DNA from: Methylorubrum extorquens
Lineage (GTDB): Bacteria; Pseudomonadota; Alphaproteobacteria; Rhizobiales; Beijerinckiaceae
Length of the DNA: 32,000 nt
NCBI GenBank assembly: GCA_900234795.1
Contig: LT962688.1
Location: 5,310,001 to 5,342,000, forward strand
Reading direction: 5' to 3'
Below the pieces are notes generated by a model that was not told the DNA's origin, made no database searches, and saw only the letters and a list, made by a program, of their open reading frames with translations. Every line of letters starts with the position of its first letter. Within the stretch, counting starts at the first letter, position 1. Both the position numbers and the translations under genes were made by a program. Below are positions 7,835-16,453 of this stretch, piece by piece.

Positions 7835-9220
7835 TCCGGCAGCCCCCGCAGCAGGATTTCGATGCGGCGGTTCTCAGCGGCCTTGGGATTGCTGGCGATG
7901 CGGGGCTGGCGGTCGGCATAACCCTCGATGCGGTCGATGCGGGCCTCGTCGAGGCCGCCGCGCACGAGCATGTAGGAGGCCATCTGCGCCCGCGCCGACG
8001 ACAGGCGCCAGTTGTCGTAGGTCTCCGAGCGGAACGGGCGACCGTCGGTATGGCCGCGCACGACGACGCGACCGGGGCGGCTGTTGAGGATCTTGGCGAT
8101 GCGCTCCAGCGCCTTGACCACCTTCGGCGTCGGCTCGGCCGAGCCGATCCCGAACATGCTGTAATTGATCTCGTCGGTGATGCTGATGAGCACGCCCTCG
8201 CCGATGCGGCGCACCTCGACCTGGGGCGCGGGCGCACCGTTGGGCAGCGACGGCACCGCCCGCGCGATCTCGGCCTTCAGCGCGGAAAGTGCCGCGGTCT
8301 CGGCCGCCTTCGCGGCCTGATCGGCCTGCGCCGCCAATTCCTTCGCAGGAGTAAAGTCCTTGGCAGGCGGCGCCTCGGCTTTCGCCAGAAGCGTCGGTTC
8401 GGGCGGGGCCGGCTTGGCTTCGGCCGGGGGGCGCGAGTGGTGCCGCCTCGGCCGAGGGCTTGGCGGGCTCGGCGCTCGGAACCGTCAGCGGCATCGGCTC
8501 GGCCGAGGCGAGCTTGACGCCGGCCTGCCGCATGGCATCGCTCAGGCTCTGGCGGGCGATGTCCTTGGCCGATTCCTTCTGCGGCTCCCTGGGCTTGGAG
8601 CCGGCGGTCTGGGCCCGCGCGTCGAGGCGGGAATCGGCCGGCGCGGCGGCGGCGGAGTCGAGGGCGCCGGGATTGTCCGTGCGCCGACGCGGCAGGGCGG
8701 CGACCTGCCAGTAGAGCGGGTCGAACGGGTCGCGTCCGGTCTCGCCACCGGCCACGCCCGGCTGTCCGGCTTCGAGGGCGGAGGCATCCGCGCTCGCAGC
8801 TTCGGGCCCGGCGGCCTCGGCCTCCGCGGCGAGTTTGGCGAGCACGGCGTAGGGGTCCTGGAACAGGGCGGATTCGCGGGCGCGGCTGCCCGGTGCGCCC
8901 GCCGCATCGCCCTTGCCCTCTGCATTGCCGCCGTCGCCTTTGCCCTTGCCGGACGGGGCGGGATCGTTGGGCGTGTCCTGCGGGTCGTTGACGCCCTTGC
9001 GGTCGTGGGTGACCTCGGCGAGCTTCACCGGGTTGAAGTACTCGGCGATGGTCTGCTTCTGCTCCTTGCTGGTGGAGTTGATCAGCCACATCACCAGGAA
9101 CAGCGCCATCATCGCCGTCATGAAGTCGGCAAGCGCGATCTTCCAGGCGCCGCCGTGATGGCCCTCCTCGTGGTCGCCGTGGCGCTTGATGATGATGATT
9201 TCGTGGGGGCGGTCCGACAT
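7831..9220 (-). pseudogene. motB: Flagellar stator protein MotB, reading frame interrupted at a C6 run (minus strand; G6 at 8426-8431 on +)
   Basis: The frame opening at 9220 gives the MotB N-terminus with TM and plug (GGAWKIALADFMTAMMALFLVMWLINS). A long Ala/Pro/Glu linker follows, up to ...AEAAPLAPP. The OmpA-like peptidoglycan-binding domain (VVVRGHTDGRPFRSETYDNWRLSSARAQMASYMLVRGGLDEARIDRIEGYADRQP) lies in a different frame that ends at 7831. The span is 1390 nt, which is 3n+1. Confidence 0.85.
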
Positions 9221-9221
9221 C

Positions 9222-9953
9222 TTACGCCTCCGCGATCGCGGCGGTGATCAGGCGGCTCCAGGCCGCGAGTTCGGTCTCGATCACGGTCTCGCCCGCACGC
9301 ACCGTCACCTCCGGCCCCTCGGCCGCCTCAAAAGCGATCCCGGTCGAGCCGCCGAGCCTTGCGGCGAGCGACGCGATCAGATCGTCCGGCCCGCGCACCT
9401 GCACCGCCGCCCGTTGCGGCTCGGCCAGGATGCGCTTGAGGGCATTGCTGAGTTCATCCAGCGCCTGCCGTTGCAGCGCTTGGCCCAGCACCGGCGCGAT
9501 CAGCCGCGCGACACGGTCCGACAGCGTGGCGTCGAGCGCCTGCATCGCGGCGACGAAGCCTTGCGCCAGGATCTCGCCCTGCGCTTCGGTCCAGTTGCGA
9601 CGGGCCTGCGCCACTCCTTCCTCGAACAGGGCCTGCTGCGCCGCGCGTTCGAGCGCCGCTTGCGCCGACCACTCTTCCATCGCCTCGGCCCGGCCCTGTT
9701 CGCGCCCACGCGCTTCGGCGGCGGCGATCAGTGCCTCGCGATCCTCGGCCGGCCGCAGGGTGGCCACGGCGGCGCGGGGCAGGAAGGGGTCGAGCTCGGC
9801 CTGGATTTCGATCGGAGCCGGTGCGGCCGGCTCCGCGGCAACGGGCGCGCGGAACCACGCCCCCGGAAAATCCGGCTCGCCCGTGAGCGCCGCAGGCGGC
9901 GGGGGAAGGGCGGAGAAGTCCGGCAGGTAGCGGGCGAGCACCGCGTCCATCAC
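9222..9953 (-). CDS. FliH-like flagellar assembly protein (hypothetical)
   Basis: 243 aa, directly coupled to fliF (its start overlaps the fliF stop) and ending 1 nt before the motB start. Central Ala/Glu/Arg/Gln-rich coiled-coil-like region, then a C-terminal block (VQVRGPDDLIASL...EVTVRAGETVIETEL) that resembles FliH C-termini. The call is tentative. Confidence 0.5.
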   Translation of the reverse strand: MMDAVLARYLPDFSALPPPPAALTGEPDFPGAWFRAPVAAEPAAPAPIEIQAELDPFLPRAAVATLRPAEDREALIAAAEARGREQGRAEAMEEWSAQAALERAAQQALFEEGVAQARRNWTEAQGEILAQGFVAAMQALDATLSDRVARLIAPVLGQALQRQALDELSNALKRILAEPQRAAVQVRGPDDLIASLAARLGGSTGIAFEAAEGPEVTVRAGETVIETELAAWSRLITAAIAEA

Positions 9954-11629
9954 GCCGCCTCCTCACGCATGAGCCAGCGCTTGAGCACGGCCGCGACCTG
10001 CTCCTCGTCGATGTCGATGAGCTGCTCCAGCCGCTTCTGCGGCGAGCGGGCCATCTTGTCCTCCAGTTCCTCCAGCAGGCCGGCGACGCCGGGCGCGGGA
10101 AGCTTGGCCGCCTCGCCGGAGCCGGGGAGCGCGGCACCCGGTGCGGCCAGCGCCATCGTGCCGTCGGCGGCGAGCGCGGGTGCGCCCTCGGGGCCGGCGA
10201 GTGCCGCGACCTCGCTCTGGGCGGTCTCAGGTGTCGCCAGGATTGCGCGCAGGGCCGGGCGCAGACCGAACCAGATCAGCAGGCCCGCCACGACGAGGAT
10301 CGTCGCCGCGTTGATGAGCGTGCCGGACTGTTTCATCATCACGTCGGTGAGCGAGAGCGGCGGCACCGGCTCCATCGGCTGTCCGTCGTTGACGAAGCCG
10401 ACCGCCGCGACCTTGATCGTATCGCCGCGCTCCTTGCTGAAGCCCGCGGCCGAGCCCACCAGCTCCTCGATCTCGGCAATCTGCTTGTCGAGGCTGGCCT
10501 TGTCGTCGGGCCCGGCGAGCGCGGTCAGCCGCGAGCGGTTGACCAGCACCGCGACCGAGAGGCGGCGGATGGCGTAGCCGTCGCTCACCGTCTGGACCGT
10601 CTTCTGGGAGATCTCGTAATTGGTGAGGTCTTCCTTCTTCGAGCTTTCGTTGCTCGACTGGTCGTTGCCGTCCGAGCGGGTGCGCTGGTCGGGCAGGTTC
10701 TCCTGCGCGCTGGTCGGGCGCTGGCTGTTGCGGTTCTGCGCGTTCTCGCTCTCGCGCACCGAGCGCACCGAGCGTTCCACCCGCTGGTCGGGGTTGAAGA
10801 TCGTCTCGTTCGTGCTCGTCTTGTCGGTGTTGAGCTGGGTCGCGACGCTGATCTCGAAATTGCCGACGCCGAGATAGGGCGCGAGCGTGCGGCGGATGTT
10901 GTCCTGCATCTCGCGGCTCACCGACTTCTCCAGCGTCGCCATCTTGCCGGTGGGCGCCGTGCCGGCATCGTCGCCTGCGAGCAGCACCGTGCCCTCCGAG
11001 CCGATCACGGTGACGCGGTCCGGCTTCATGCCGGGGATCGCGGAGGCGACGAGCTGGCGGATCGCCTGCGCGCCGGACGTGTCGTCGGCGGGCTCGGTGC
11101 GCACCACCACGGAGGCGGAGGCCGGCTGCTGGTCGCGGCGGAACGAGCCGCGGTCGGGAAGCACCAAGTGGACGCGGGCGGCGCGCACGCCCTTCATGCC
11201 CTGGATGGTGCGGGCGATCTCGCCTTCGAGCGCCCGCACGCGGGTCACCTCCTGCATGAACGAGGTCATGCCGAGCGAGCCGAGATCGTTGAACAGCTCG
11301 TAGCCGGACTTGGAGCTCTGCGGCAGGCCCTTCTCGGCCAGCAGCATCCGCGCCTGCGCAGTGTGGCCGAAGGAGACGAGCACCGCCGTGCCGTCGGACG
11401 ACACGTCGAAGGGGATGCCGTTGTCCTTGAGGACGCCGCCGATGCGCGACACGTCCTCACGCGAGAGGCCCGTATAGAGCATCTCCTGCGCCGGACGGCT
11501 GAGGTAGTAGGCGCCGACACCGACGCCGAGAAACACCAAGAGGCCGACCAGCCCGAGGGCGATCAGCCGCCTCGCGCCGAGATCGACGATGTTGTTCCAC
11601 AATCTTTCGGCTTGCTCGCGACCGAACAT
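9950..11629 (-). CDS. fliF: Flagellar MS-ring protein FliF
   Basis: 559 aa. N-terminal TM segment (LIALGLVGLLVFLGVGVGAYYL). Conserved FliF/YscJ blocks (EMLYTGLSREDVSRIGGVLKDNGIPFDV, LLAEKGLPQ, TSFMQEVTRVRALEGEIARTIQGMKGVRAARVHLVLP). C-terminal TM segment and the FliG-binding tail. Confidence 0.95.
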   Translation of the reverse strand: MFGREQAERLWNNIVDLGARRLIALGLVGLLVFLGVGVGAYYLSRPAQEMLYTGLSREDVSRIGGVLKDNGIPFDVSSDGTAVLVSFGHTAQARMLLAEKGLPQSSKSGYELFNDLGSLGMTSFMQEVTRVRALEGEIARTIQGMKGVRAARVHLVLPDRGSFRRDQQPASASVVVRTEPADDTSGAQAIRQLVASAIPGMKPDRVTVIGSEGTVLLAGDDAGTAPTGKMATLEKSVSREMQDNIRRTLAPYLGVGNFEISVATQLNTDKTSTNETIFNPDQRVERSVRSVRESENAQNRNSQRPTSAQENLPDQRTRSDGNDQSSNESSKKEDLTNYEISQKTVQTVSDGYAIRRLSVAVLVNRSRLTALAGPDDKASLDKQIAEIEELVGSAAGFSKERGDTIKVAAVGFVNDGQPMEPVPPLSLTDVMMKQSGTLINAATILVVAGLLIWFGLRPALRAILATPETAQSEVAALAGPEGAPALAADGTMALAAPGAALPGSGEAAKLPAPGVAGLLEELEDKMARSPQKRLEQLIDIDEEQVAAVLKRWLMREEAA

Positions 11630-11646
11630 CCCCGGACCGATCCCGT

Positions 11647-11669
11647 TGGCGACCTGACACGTGTCGCCA
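11647..11669. promoter_or_regulatory. Inverted repeat TGGCGAC-N9-GTCGCCA, which overlaps the 10-bp palindrome GACACGTGTC (11656-11665), just upstream of fliF
   Basis: Perfect 7-bp arms lie 18-40 nt upstream of the fliF ATG (11629). It could be an operator or a stem-loop in the 5' leader. Its function is unknown. Confidence 0.3.
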
Positions 11670-11675
11670 GACTGA

Positions 11676-11972
11676 ATGAGGGCTCACCCTTGCGCGGGGA
11701 TTGCGACGCGACAGGTCTCGCGAGCGGTGCCGGGAGCCCTTGGTGATCGCGGATGGTTCGGAGGAGGCCAGAAGGGTGGGGCGCGGGCCCGGCCGCTCGG
11801 CCCGTTCCTGTGCGATGCTGCCTTCCGCATCGCCGACAGCCTCTACACCTGCTCCGAGAGCGACATCGGGCCAGCCAACGATCTGCTTGAGGCCATAGCC
11901 CAGATGGAGCGGGGCGATTTCGCAAGCGATGACGAGGTGAGCGCGGTCTTTTCCAAGTATCCGGCATCGTGA
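11676..11972 (+). CDS. Small hypothetical ORF; only the C-terminal third looks like protein (antitoxin-tail-like). Possibly a gene remnant
   Basis: 98-aa ORF on the strand opposite the flanking flagellar genes. The last 40 or so codons have high GC3 and read LYTCSESDIGPANDLLEAIAQMERGDFASDDEVSAVFSKYPAS. The N-terminal two thirds are Gly/Arg-rich and look non-coding. Confidence 0.3.
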   Translation: MRAHPCAGIATRQVSRAVPGALGDRGWFGGGQKGGARARPLGPFLCDAAFRIADSLYTCSESDIGPANDLLEAIAQMERGDFASDDEVSAVFSKYPAS

Positions 11973-11991
11973 GCGACCCGTATCGCTCCAA

Positions 11992-12104
11992 CCCTCATCC
12001 TGAGGTGCCTTCGCGAAGCGGAGGCCTCGAAGGGTGTTCCAGGGATCGCGCTGGATCTGGACGATCCTTCGAGGCCCGCTGATGCGGGCTCCTCAGGATG
12101 AGGG
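11992..12104. repeat. Nested-palindrome REP/MITE-like element, copy 1
   Basis: Outer arms are CCCTCATCCTGAGG (11992-12005) and CCTCAGGATGAGGG (12091-12104). Inner arms are GGCCTCGAAGG (12023-12033) and CCTTCGAGGCC (12066-12076). The 54-nt core is about 85% identical to 23961-24014. Confidence 0.75.
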
Positions 12105-12134
12105 TGATGGCCGGGATATTCGCAAAAACCAGGA

Positions 12135-12917
12135 TCAGAAGAACGACCGCACCAAGCCGCTGACCAGCAGGTTCCAGCCGTCGATCAGGATGAAGAACAG
12201 CACCTTGAACGGCAGCGAGATCACTGTCGGCGGCAGCATCATCATGCCCATCGACATCACGATGGTGGAGACGATGATGTCGATGACGAGGAACGGCAGC
12301 ACGATCAGGAAGCCGATCTCGAAGCCCCGGCGCAGCTCGGAGATCATGAAGGCCGGGATGAGGATGCGCAGGTCGATCTTCTCGCCGGCCTCGGCCTTGG
12401 GGAAGGTGCGGCTCGCCAGATCGGTGAAGGTCTGAAGGTCCTTCGGGCGCACGTGCTGGGTCATGAACTCGCGGAACGGATCGACGATCTTGCCGAACGC
12501 CTCCTCCTCGCTGATGCGGTTCTCCTGCAGCGGCTTCACGCCCTCGTTCCAGGCGCGGTCGAAGGTCGGCGCCATGACGTAGAAGGTCATGAACAGGGCG
12601 AGCGAGACGAGGAACAGGTTGGCCGGCGTGCTCTGAAGGCCGAGCCCCGAGCGCAGGAACGAGAACGCAACGGCAAAGCGCGTGAAGCTCGTCACCATCA
12701 CGAGCAGGCCCGGCGCCAGCGACAGCACGGTGAGCAGCGCGACGAGCTGGATGATGCGCCCGGAGGCCGCCCCGTTGCCGGGCGGCAGCAGCGCGTCGAG
12801 GCCGGGCACGCCGGTGACGCCGCCCGGCGCGGCTCCCTGCGCCAGCGCGGCGGAGGCGGTGAGGCCGGCGGCCAGGGCGAGGCCGGCGGTGACGAGGATC
12901 GCGCGCGCTCTCTTCAC
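12135..12917 (-). CDS. fliP: Flagellar export apparatus protein FliP
   Basis: 260 aa with a signal-like N-terminus. Conserved FliP blocks: TSFTRFAVAFSFLRSGLGLQSTPANLFLVSLALFMTFYVMAP, FMISELRRGFEIGFLIVLPFLVIDIIVSTIVMSMGMMMLPP, FKVLFFILIDGW. The GTG start forms a GTGA overlap with the fliL stop. Confidence 0.95.
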   Translation of the reverse strand: MKRARAILVTAGLALAAGLTASAALAQGAAPGGVTGVPGLDALLPPGNGAASGRIIQLVALLTVLSLAPGLLVMVTSFTRFAVAFSFLRSGLGLQSTPANLFLVSLALFMTFYVMAPTFDRAWNEGVKPLQENRISEEEAFGKIVDPFREFMTQHVRPKDLQTFTDLASRTFPKAEAGEKIDLRILIPAFMISELRRGFEIGFLIVLPFLVIDIIVSTIVMSMGMMMLPPTVISLPFKVLFFILIDGWNLLVSGLVRSFF

Positions 12918-13396
12918 TGGACCACCAGCGATTCGACGATGAGTTCGCGCACCGCCCCCTTGGTCCGGGTCGCGACGCGCTCGTTGAGGTCTTCGCGCAG
13001 GTGCTGGAGACCGTTCGCGCCCTCGATCTGGGCCATGGAGAGCGTGCGCAGGTAGGCCAGCGCGTCGGCGCGGATTTCGGCCAGCGTCACGTCGGGGTTG
13101 GGCAGCGCGCCCGTATTGAACACGACGGAGGATTCGATCCGCACCCAGGAATCGGTCGGCTCGGCGAGATTCGCCACCACCGAGCCGACGCTGCGCAGGG
13201 ACAGGTCGCCGGTGTAGTTGAGCACCTTCACCGCCTTGCCGGCCTCCTCGCGCTGCTTGAGGTCGACCGACTTCTCGACGGTGCCGAGCAGGTAGACGCC
13301 AAGCCCGCCCCCGGTGCCGACGGCGATCAGCGTGACGAGGGCGAGTGCCCCGATCCAGCCCTTGCCGCCCTTCTTGGAGTCCTTGGCGTCCGCCAT
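12914..13396 (-). CDS. fliL: Flagellar basal-body-associated protein FliL
   Basis: One N-terminal TM segment (WIGALALVTLIAVGTGGGLGVYLL) followed by a FliL-like periplasmic domain. ATG 13396 follows AGGAGA at the right spacing. The ORF-track start at GTG 13420 is less likely. Confidence 0.85.
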   Translation of the reverse strand: MADAKDSKKGGKGWIGALALVTLIAVGTGGGLGVYLLGTVEKSVDLKQREEAGKAVKVLNYTGDLSLRSVGSVVANLAEPTDSWVRIESSVVFNTGALPNPDVTLAEIRADALAYLRTLSMAQIEGANGLQHLREDLNERVATRTKGAVRELIVESLVVQ

Positions 13397-13478
13397 CTCG
13401 ATTCTCCTGGGTTCGCTCACATCGCTTCGCGGTGCGAGCGGTTCGCCGCTTCAGCGCAAGCGCGCTCGGGGCGCGCCG

Positions 13479-14189
13479 TCAGAACGGTGCGACGGTCTCG
13501 AAGACCCGCTGGCCAAGGCTCGGGCCCTGCACGTCGGTGATGCGGCCGCGCCCGCCGTAGGAGATGCGGGCCTCGGCGATCTTGTCGTAATCGATGGTGT
13601 TCTTGCGCGAGATGTCCCGCGGGCGGACGATGCCGGCGACTTCGAGCACCCGGACCTCGTTGTTGACCCGCACTTCCTGCGAGCCCGAGATCAGCACGTT
13701 GCCGTTGGGCAGCACCTCGGTGACCACCGCCGCGACCGAGAGGCTGAGCGATTCCTTGCGGTCGATCGAGCCCTGGCCCTTGGTTTCGGTGCCGGAGCGG
13801 ATGCCGGTATCGGCGGTGGCCGTGTCCTTGAGCCCCGAGATGCCGTAGCCGAAATCGAAGCCGAGGCTGCTTTTCTGGCTGCGGCCGCGCTCGCTCGCGT
13901 TGTCGAACTGCGCCTTGTCGTTGATGGCGATGCTGACCGTGATGACGTCGCCGACGTCGCGGGCGCGCGGATCCTGGTAGAGCGCGGCGCTCGCCGGGCT
14001 CCAGGTCGAGTGGTAGCTGTGGCGCGGGCCGAGGGCGCCGAAGGAGGTCGGCAGCGGCTCGCGGGGCGCGTTGAGCCCGGTGCCGATCGGCGTCAGCAGC
14101 GGCGGGCGGCCGAGGCGGTCGAGATCGCTCTGGCAGGCGCCGAGCGAGAGGGCCAGCACGGCCACGGCGGCGGAGGAGGGGCGCATCAC
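13479..14189 (-). CDS. flgH: Flagellar L-ring lipoprotein FlgH
   Basis: Lipobox LALSLGAC. Conserved FlgH blocks: ARDVGDVITVSIAINDKA, VAAVVTEVLPNGNVLISGSQEVRVNNEVRVLEVAGIVRPRDI, ISYGGRG. Confidence 0.95.
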   Translation of the reverse strand: MMRPSSAAVAVLALSLGACQSDLDRLGRPPLLTPIGTGLNAPREPLPTSFGALGPRHSYHSTWSPASAALYQDPRARDVGDVITVSIAINDKAQFDNASERGRSQKSSLGFDFGYGISGLKDTATADTGIRSGTETKGQGSIDRKESLSLSVAAVVTEVLPNGNVLISGSQEVRVNNEVRVLEVAGIVRPRDISRKNTIDYDKIAEARISYGGRGRITDVQGPSLGQRVFETVAPF

Positions 14190-14773
14190 GACCTCTGGTT
14201 CTTCTTAATGGCCGGAGTGGTCGCGTCCTTGCGGCCCGACTCCGACATCGCACGGGCGAGACCGGCGGCACGGGCCGCCTCCATCTCGGAGAGGATGGCG
14301 CTCGCGGTGCGGGCGTTCAGCTTGGTCAGCAGGGCGGCCGCCGCCTCGTCGGGCATGTTGGCGAGCTGGAGCGCCGCCGCGTCGGGCCGCATCTTGGCGT
14401 AGACCGCGACCACGCTCTCATCGGCCTTGGCCAGGAATTCGTTGCGGCGCTTGAGCCACGCCTCGTACTCGGCCCGCTTCTCTTCGAGGAGCTTGATGCG
14501 CTCCTCGACCTGCCGCTCCATCACCGCGAGCTGCTCCTTCTGCCACGCGAAGCGGGCATCGGCGGCGGCATCCGCGATATTGGCGCAGTAGCCGGTCTTG
14601 GCCGGCTCCTTGGCGACGAAGTCCTGGGCCGAGATCTCCTTCGGCGCGTCGCGGGTGGCGAGCGCCCGCATCGCGGCGTTCTTGGCCGGGTCGGCGTGGT
14701 CGCCGCTGGCCGCGAGCGCGGTCCCGCCGAGCGCGAGCCAGCACAGGGCGATGCGCAGCGTCACGTTCGTCAC
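14186..14773 (-). CDS. motE: MotE-like periplasmic protein (MgtE_N/FlbB-like domain)
   Basis: GTG 14773 forms a GTGA overlap with the flgI stop. Signal peptide LRIALCWLALGGTALAAS, a coiled-coil middle region, and a C-terminal block VAVYAKMRPDAAALQLANMPDEAAAALLTKLNARTASAILSEMEAARAAGL. Its position between flgI and flgH matches Sinorhizobium motE. The 354-aa ORF on the track is an upstream out-of-gene extension that overlaps flgI. Confidence 0.7.
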   Translation of the reverse strand: MTNVTLRIALCWLALGGTALAASGDHADPAKNAAMRALATRDAPKEISAQDFVAKEPAKTGYCANIADAAADARFAWQKEQLAVMERQVEERIKLLEEKRAEYEAWLKRRNEFLAKADESVVAVYAKMRPDAAALQLANMPDEAAAALLTKLNARTASAILSEMEAARAAGLARAMSESGRKDATTPAIKKNQRS

Positions 14774-15897
14774 TGCACCACAAGCTCCGCCTGGAGGGCG
14801 CCGGCGGTCTTCACCGCCTGCAGGATCGCGATGATGTCGGTGGGCTTGAGCCCGACCTGATTGAGCCCGCGCACCAGCGTCTGAAGGTCGGAGCCGCCGA
14901 GGATGGCGAGCTTGCCGCGCTCCTCCCGCGCCGACACTTCCGTGCGCGGCACCACGACGGTCTGGCCGTTGGAGAAGGGCTCCGGCTGCGACACCTCCGG
15001 TGCCTCGGTGACCCGCACCGTGAGGTTGCCGTGGGTGACCGCGACCGTGGAGATCGTCACGTTGCGCCCGATCACGACGGTGCCGGTGCGCTGGTCCACG
15101 ACGACGCGGGCCGGCGTGTCGGGCTGGATCGTCAGATCGCCGATCTGCGCCACGAGCCGGGTCTGGGCCATCTGGCGCCCGCGCATCACCACCACGGCGC
15201 GCTGGTCCCGCGCGCTGGCGATGCGACGGCCGAAGGCACCGAGCGACCATGCATTGATCGCGTCGGCGATCTGGGTCGCGGTCTTGAAGTCCGGGTTCTT
15301 CAGCTCGAACACGAGTTCGGGCAGATCGCGGAAGGTGCCGGGCACCTCGCGCTCGATCATCGCGCCGTTCGGGATGCGGCCCGCCGTCGGCACGCCTTGC
15401 GTCAACTGCTCGGCCTGGCCCTGCACCGAGAAACCCGAGACCGCGAGCGGCCCTTGCGCCGCCGCGTAGACGAGGCCGTCGCCGCCGGTGAGCGAGGTCA
15501 TCAGCAGGGTGCCGCCGCGCAGAGACGTGGCGTCGCCCATGGAGGTTACGGTGACGTCGATGCGCGAGCCGGTGCCAGTATAGGGTGGCAGGTCGGCGGT
15601 CACCATCACGGCCGCGATGTTGCGGGTGCGCAGACGGGCGTCGCGCACGTTGATGCCGAGCCGGTCGAGCAGCGATTGCAGCGACTGCTCGGTGAACTGC
15701 GCGTTGCGCAGGGTGTCGCCGGTGCCCTGAAGGCCGGTGACGAGGCCGTAGCCGAAGAGCTGGTTGTCGCGCACGCCCTTGAGCGTGGCGATGTCCTTGA
15801 TGCGGGTGCCGGCGGCGAAGACTGGGCCGGTCATGACGGCAAAGCCGAGGCCGGTGAGCAGGCCGAGCAGCACCGCGAGGAGCAGGCGACGGATCAT
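14770..15897 (-). CDS. flgI: Flagellar P-ring protein FlgI
   Basis: 375 aa with a signal peptide. Conserved blocks: TRIKDIATLKGVRDNQLFGYGLVTGLQGTGD, NIAAVMVTADLPP, GGTLLMTSL and GALQAELVVQ at the C-terminus. Confidence 0.95.
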   Translation of the reverse strand: MIRRLLLAVLLGLLTGLGFAVMTGPVFAAGTRIKDIATLKGVRDNQLFGYGLVTGLQGTGDTLRNAQFTEQSLQSLLDRLGINVRDARLRTRNIAAVMVTADLPPYTGTGSRIDVTVTSMGDATSLRGGTLLMTSLTGGDGLVYAAAQGPLAVSGFSVQGQAEQLTQGVPTAGRIPNGAMIEREVPGTFRDLPELVFELKNPDFKTATQIADAINAWSLGAFGRRIASARDQRAVVVMRGRQMAQTRLVAQIGDLTIQPDTPARVVVDQRTGTVVIGRNVTISTVAVTHGNLTVRVTEAPEVSQPEPFSNGQTVVVPRTEVSAREERGKLAILGGSDLQTLVRGLNQVGLKPTDIIAILQAVKTAGALQAELVVQ

Positions 15898-16388
15898 TGC
15901 GCGCCGATCCGGATGCGGCCGTCGGCCATCACCGTGCCGAGGATGATGCGGTTGGTGTCGGTGTTGCGCACGCGGATCGTCTCGCCGAGGCCGCCGTTCT
16001 GGAGCGGTGCTCCGACCGCGGTGATGACGAGGCCGTTCTCCTCGAAGATCATCTGCGTCGGCGCGCCACGGCTTACGAGGCGGGGATCGTCCACGGCGTT
16101 GACCGGCACCGGCTCACCCGGCAGCAGCATCCGCCGGGCGACCCGGCCGGCGATCGCGGCGGAGGCATCGATGACTGCCGTGCGCGCCCGGTAGGTCGCG
16201 GGATAGGCCTGCATCCGCAGCATCGATTCCTTGATGGTGTCGCCGGGATAGATCGTGACGGTCGGCACCGGCAGCATGAGTTCGGCATTCGCCATGCCCT
16301 CGACGGCCTGCGCCGGGGCGATGGGCTGCGCCGAGCCGGCCGCGAGGGCGGCGAGCACGAGGCCGCGGACGAAGGTCTTGCGGGGCAT
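15894..16388 (-). CDS. flgA: Flagellar P-ring assembly chaperone FlgA
   Basis: 164 aa with a signal peptide (LVLAALAAGSAQPIAPAQA). SAF-like and FlgA C-terminal features are present (GAPLQNGGLGETIRVRNTDTNRIILGTV). ATGA overlap with flgI. Confidence 0.8.
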   Translation of the reverse strand: MPRKTFVRGLVLAALAAGSAQPIAPAQAVEGMANAELMLPVPTVTIYPGDTIKESMLRMQAYPATYRARTAVIDASAAIAGRVARRMLLPGEPVPVNAVDDPRLVSRGAPTQMIFEENGLVITAVGAPLQNGGLGETIRVRNTDTNRIILGTVMADGRIRIGAQ

Positions 16389-16453
16389 GGGGGCTCGCGC
16401 CGAAGGAGGAGGGGAAGACGCGTGGAAGGATGCGGGCGTGGAGGCCGCGTGCG

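Noticed and set aside
6318-8237. 639-aa ORF on the minus strand, along with other long ORFs in the same area (6247..6948, 6434..7489, 7500..8087)
   Set aside because: Its composition is Arg/Pro/Gly/Ala-rich nonsense, typical of off-frame ORFs in 70% GC DNA. It fully overlaps the well-supported motC and motB frames. No motif recognised.
12034-12435. 133-aa plus-strand ORF that begins in the palindromic element and runs antisense to fliP
   Set aside because: Its start lies within the repeat, a known source of spurious ORFs. The rest is antisense to a highly conserved fliP.
14774-15250. Upstream extension of the motE ORF (the track gives 14186..15250, 354 aa)
   Set aside because: The first 159 or so residues overlap flgI in a different frame and are Arg/Gly/Pro-rich. 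The signal peptide and the GTGA coupling to the flgI stop support a start at 14773.
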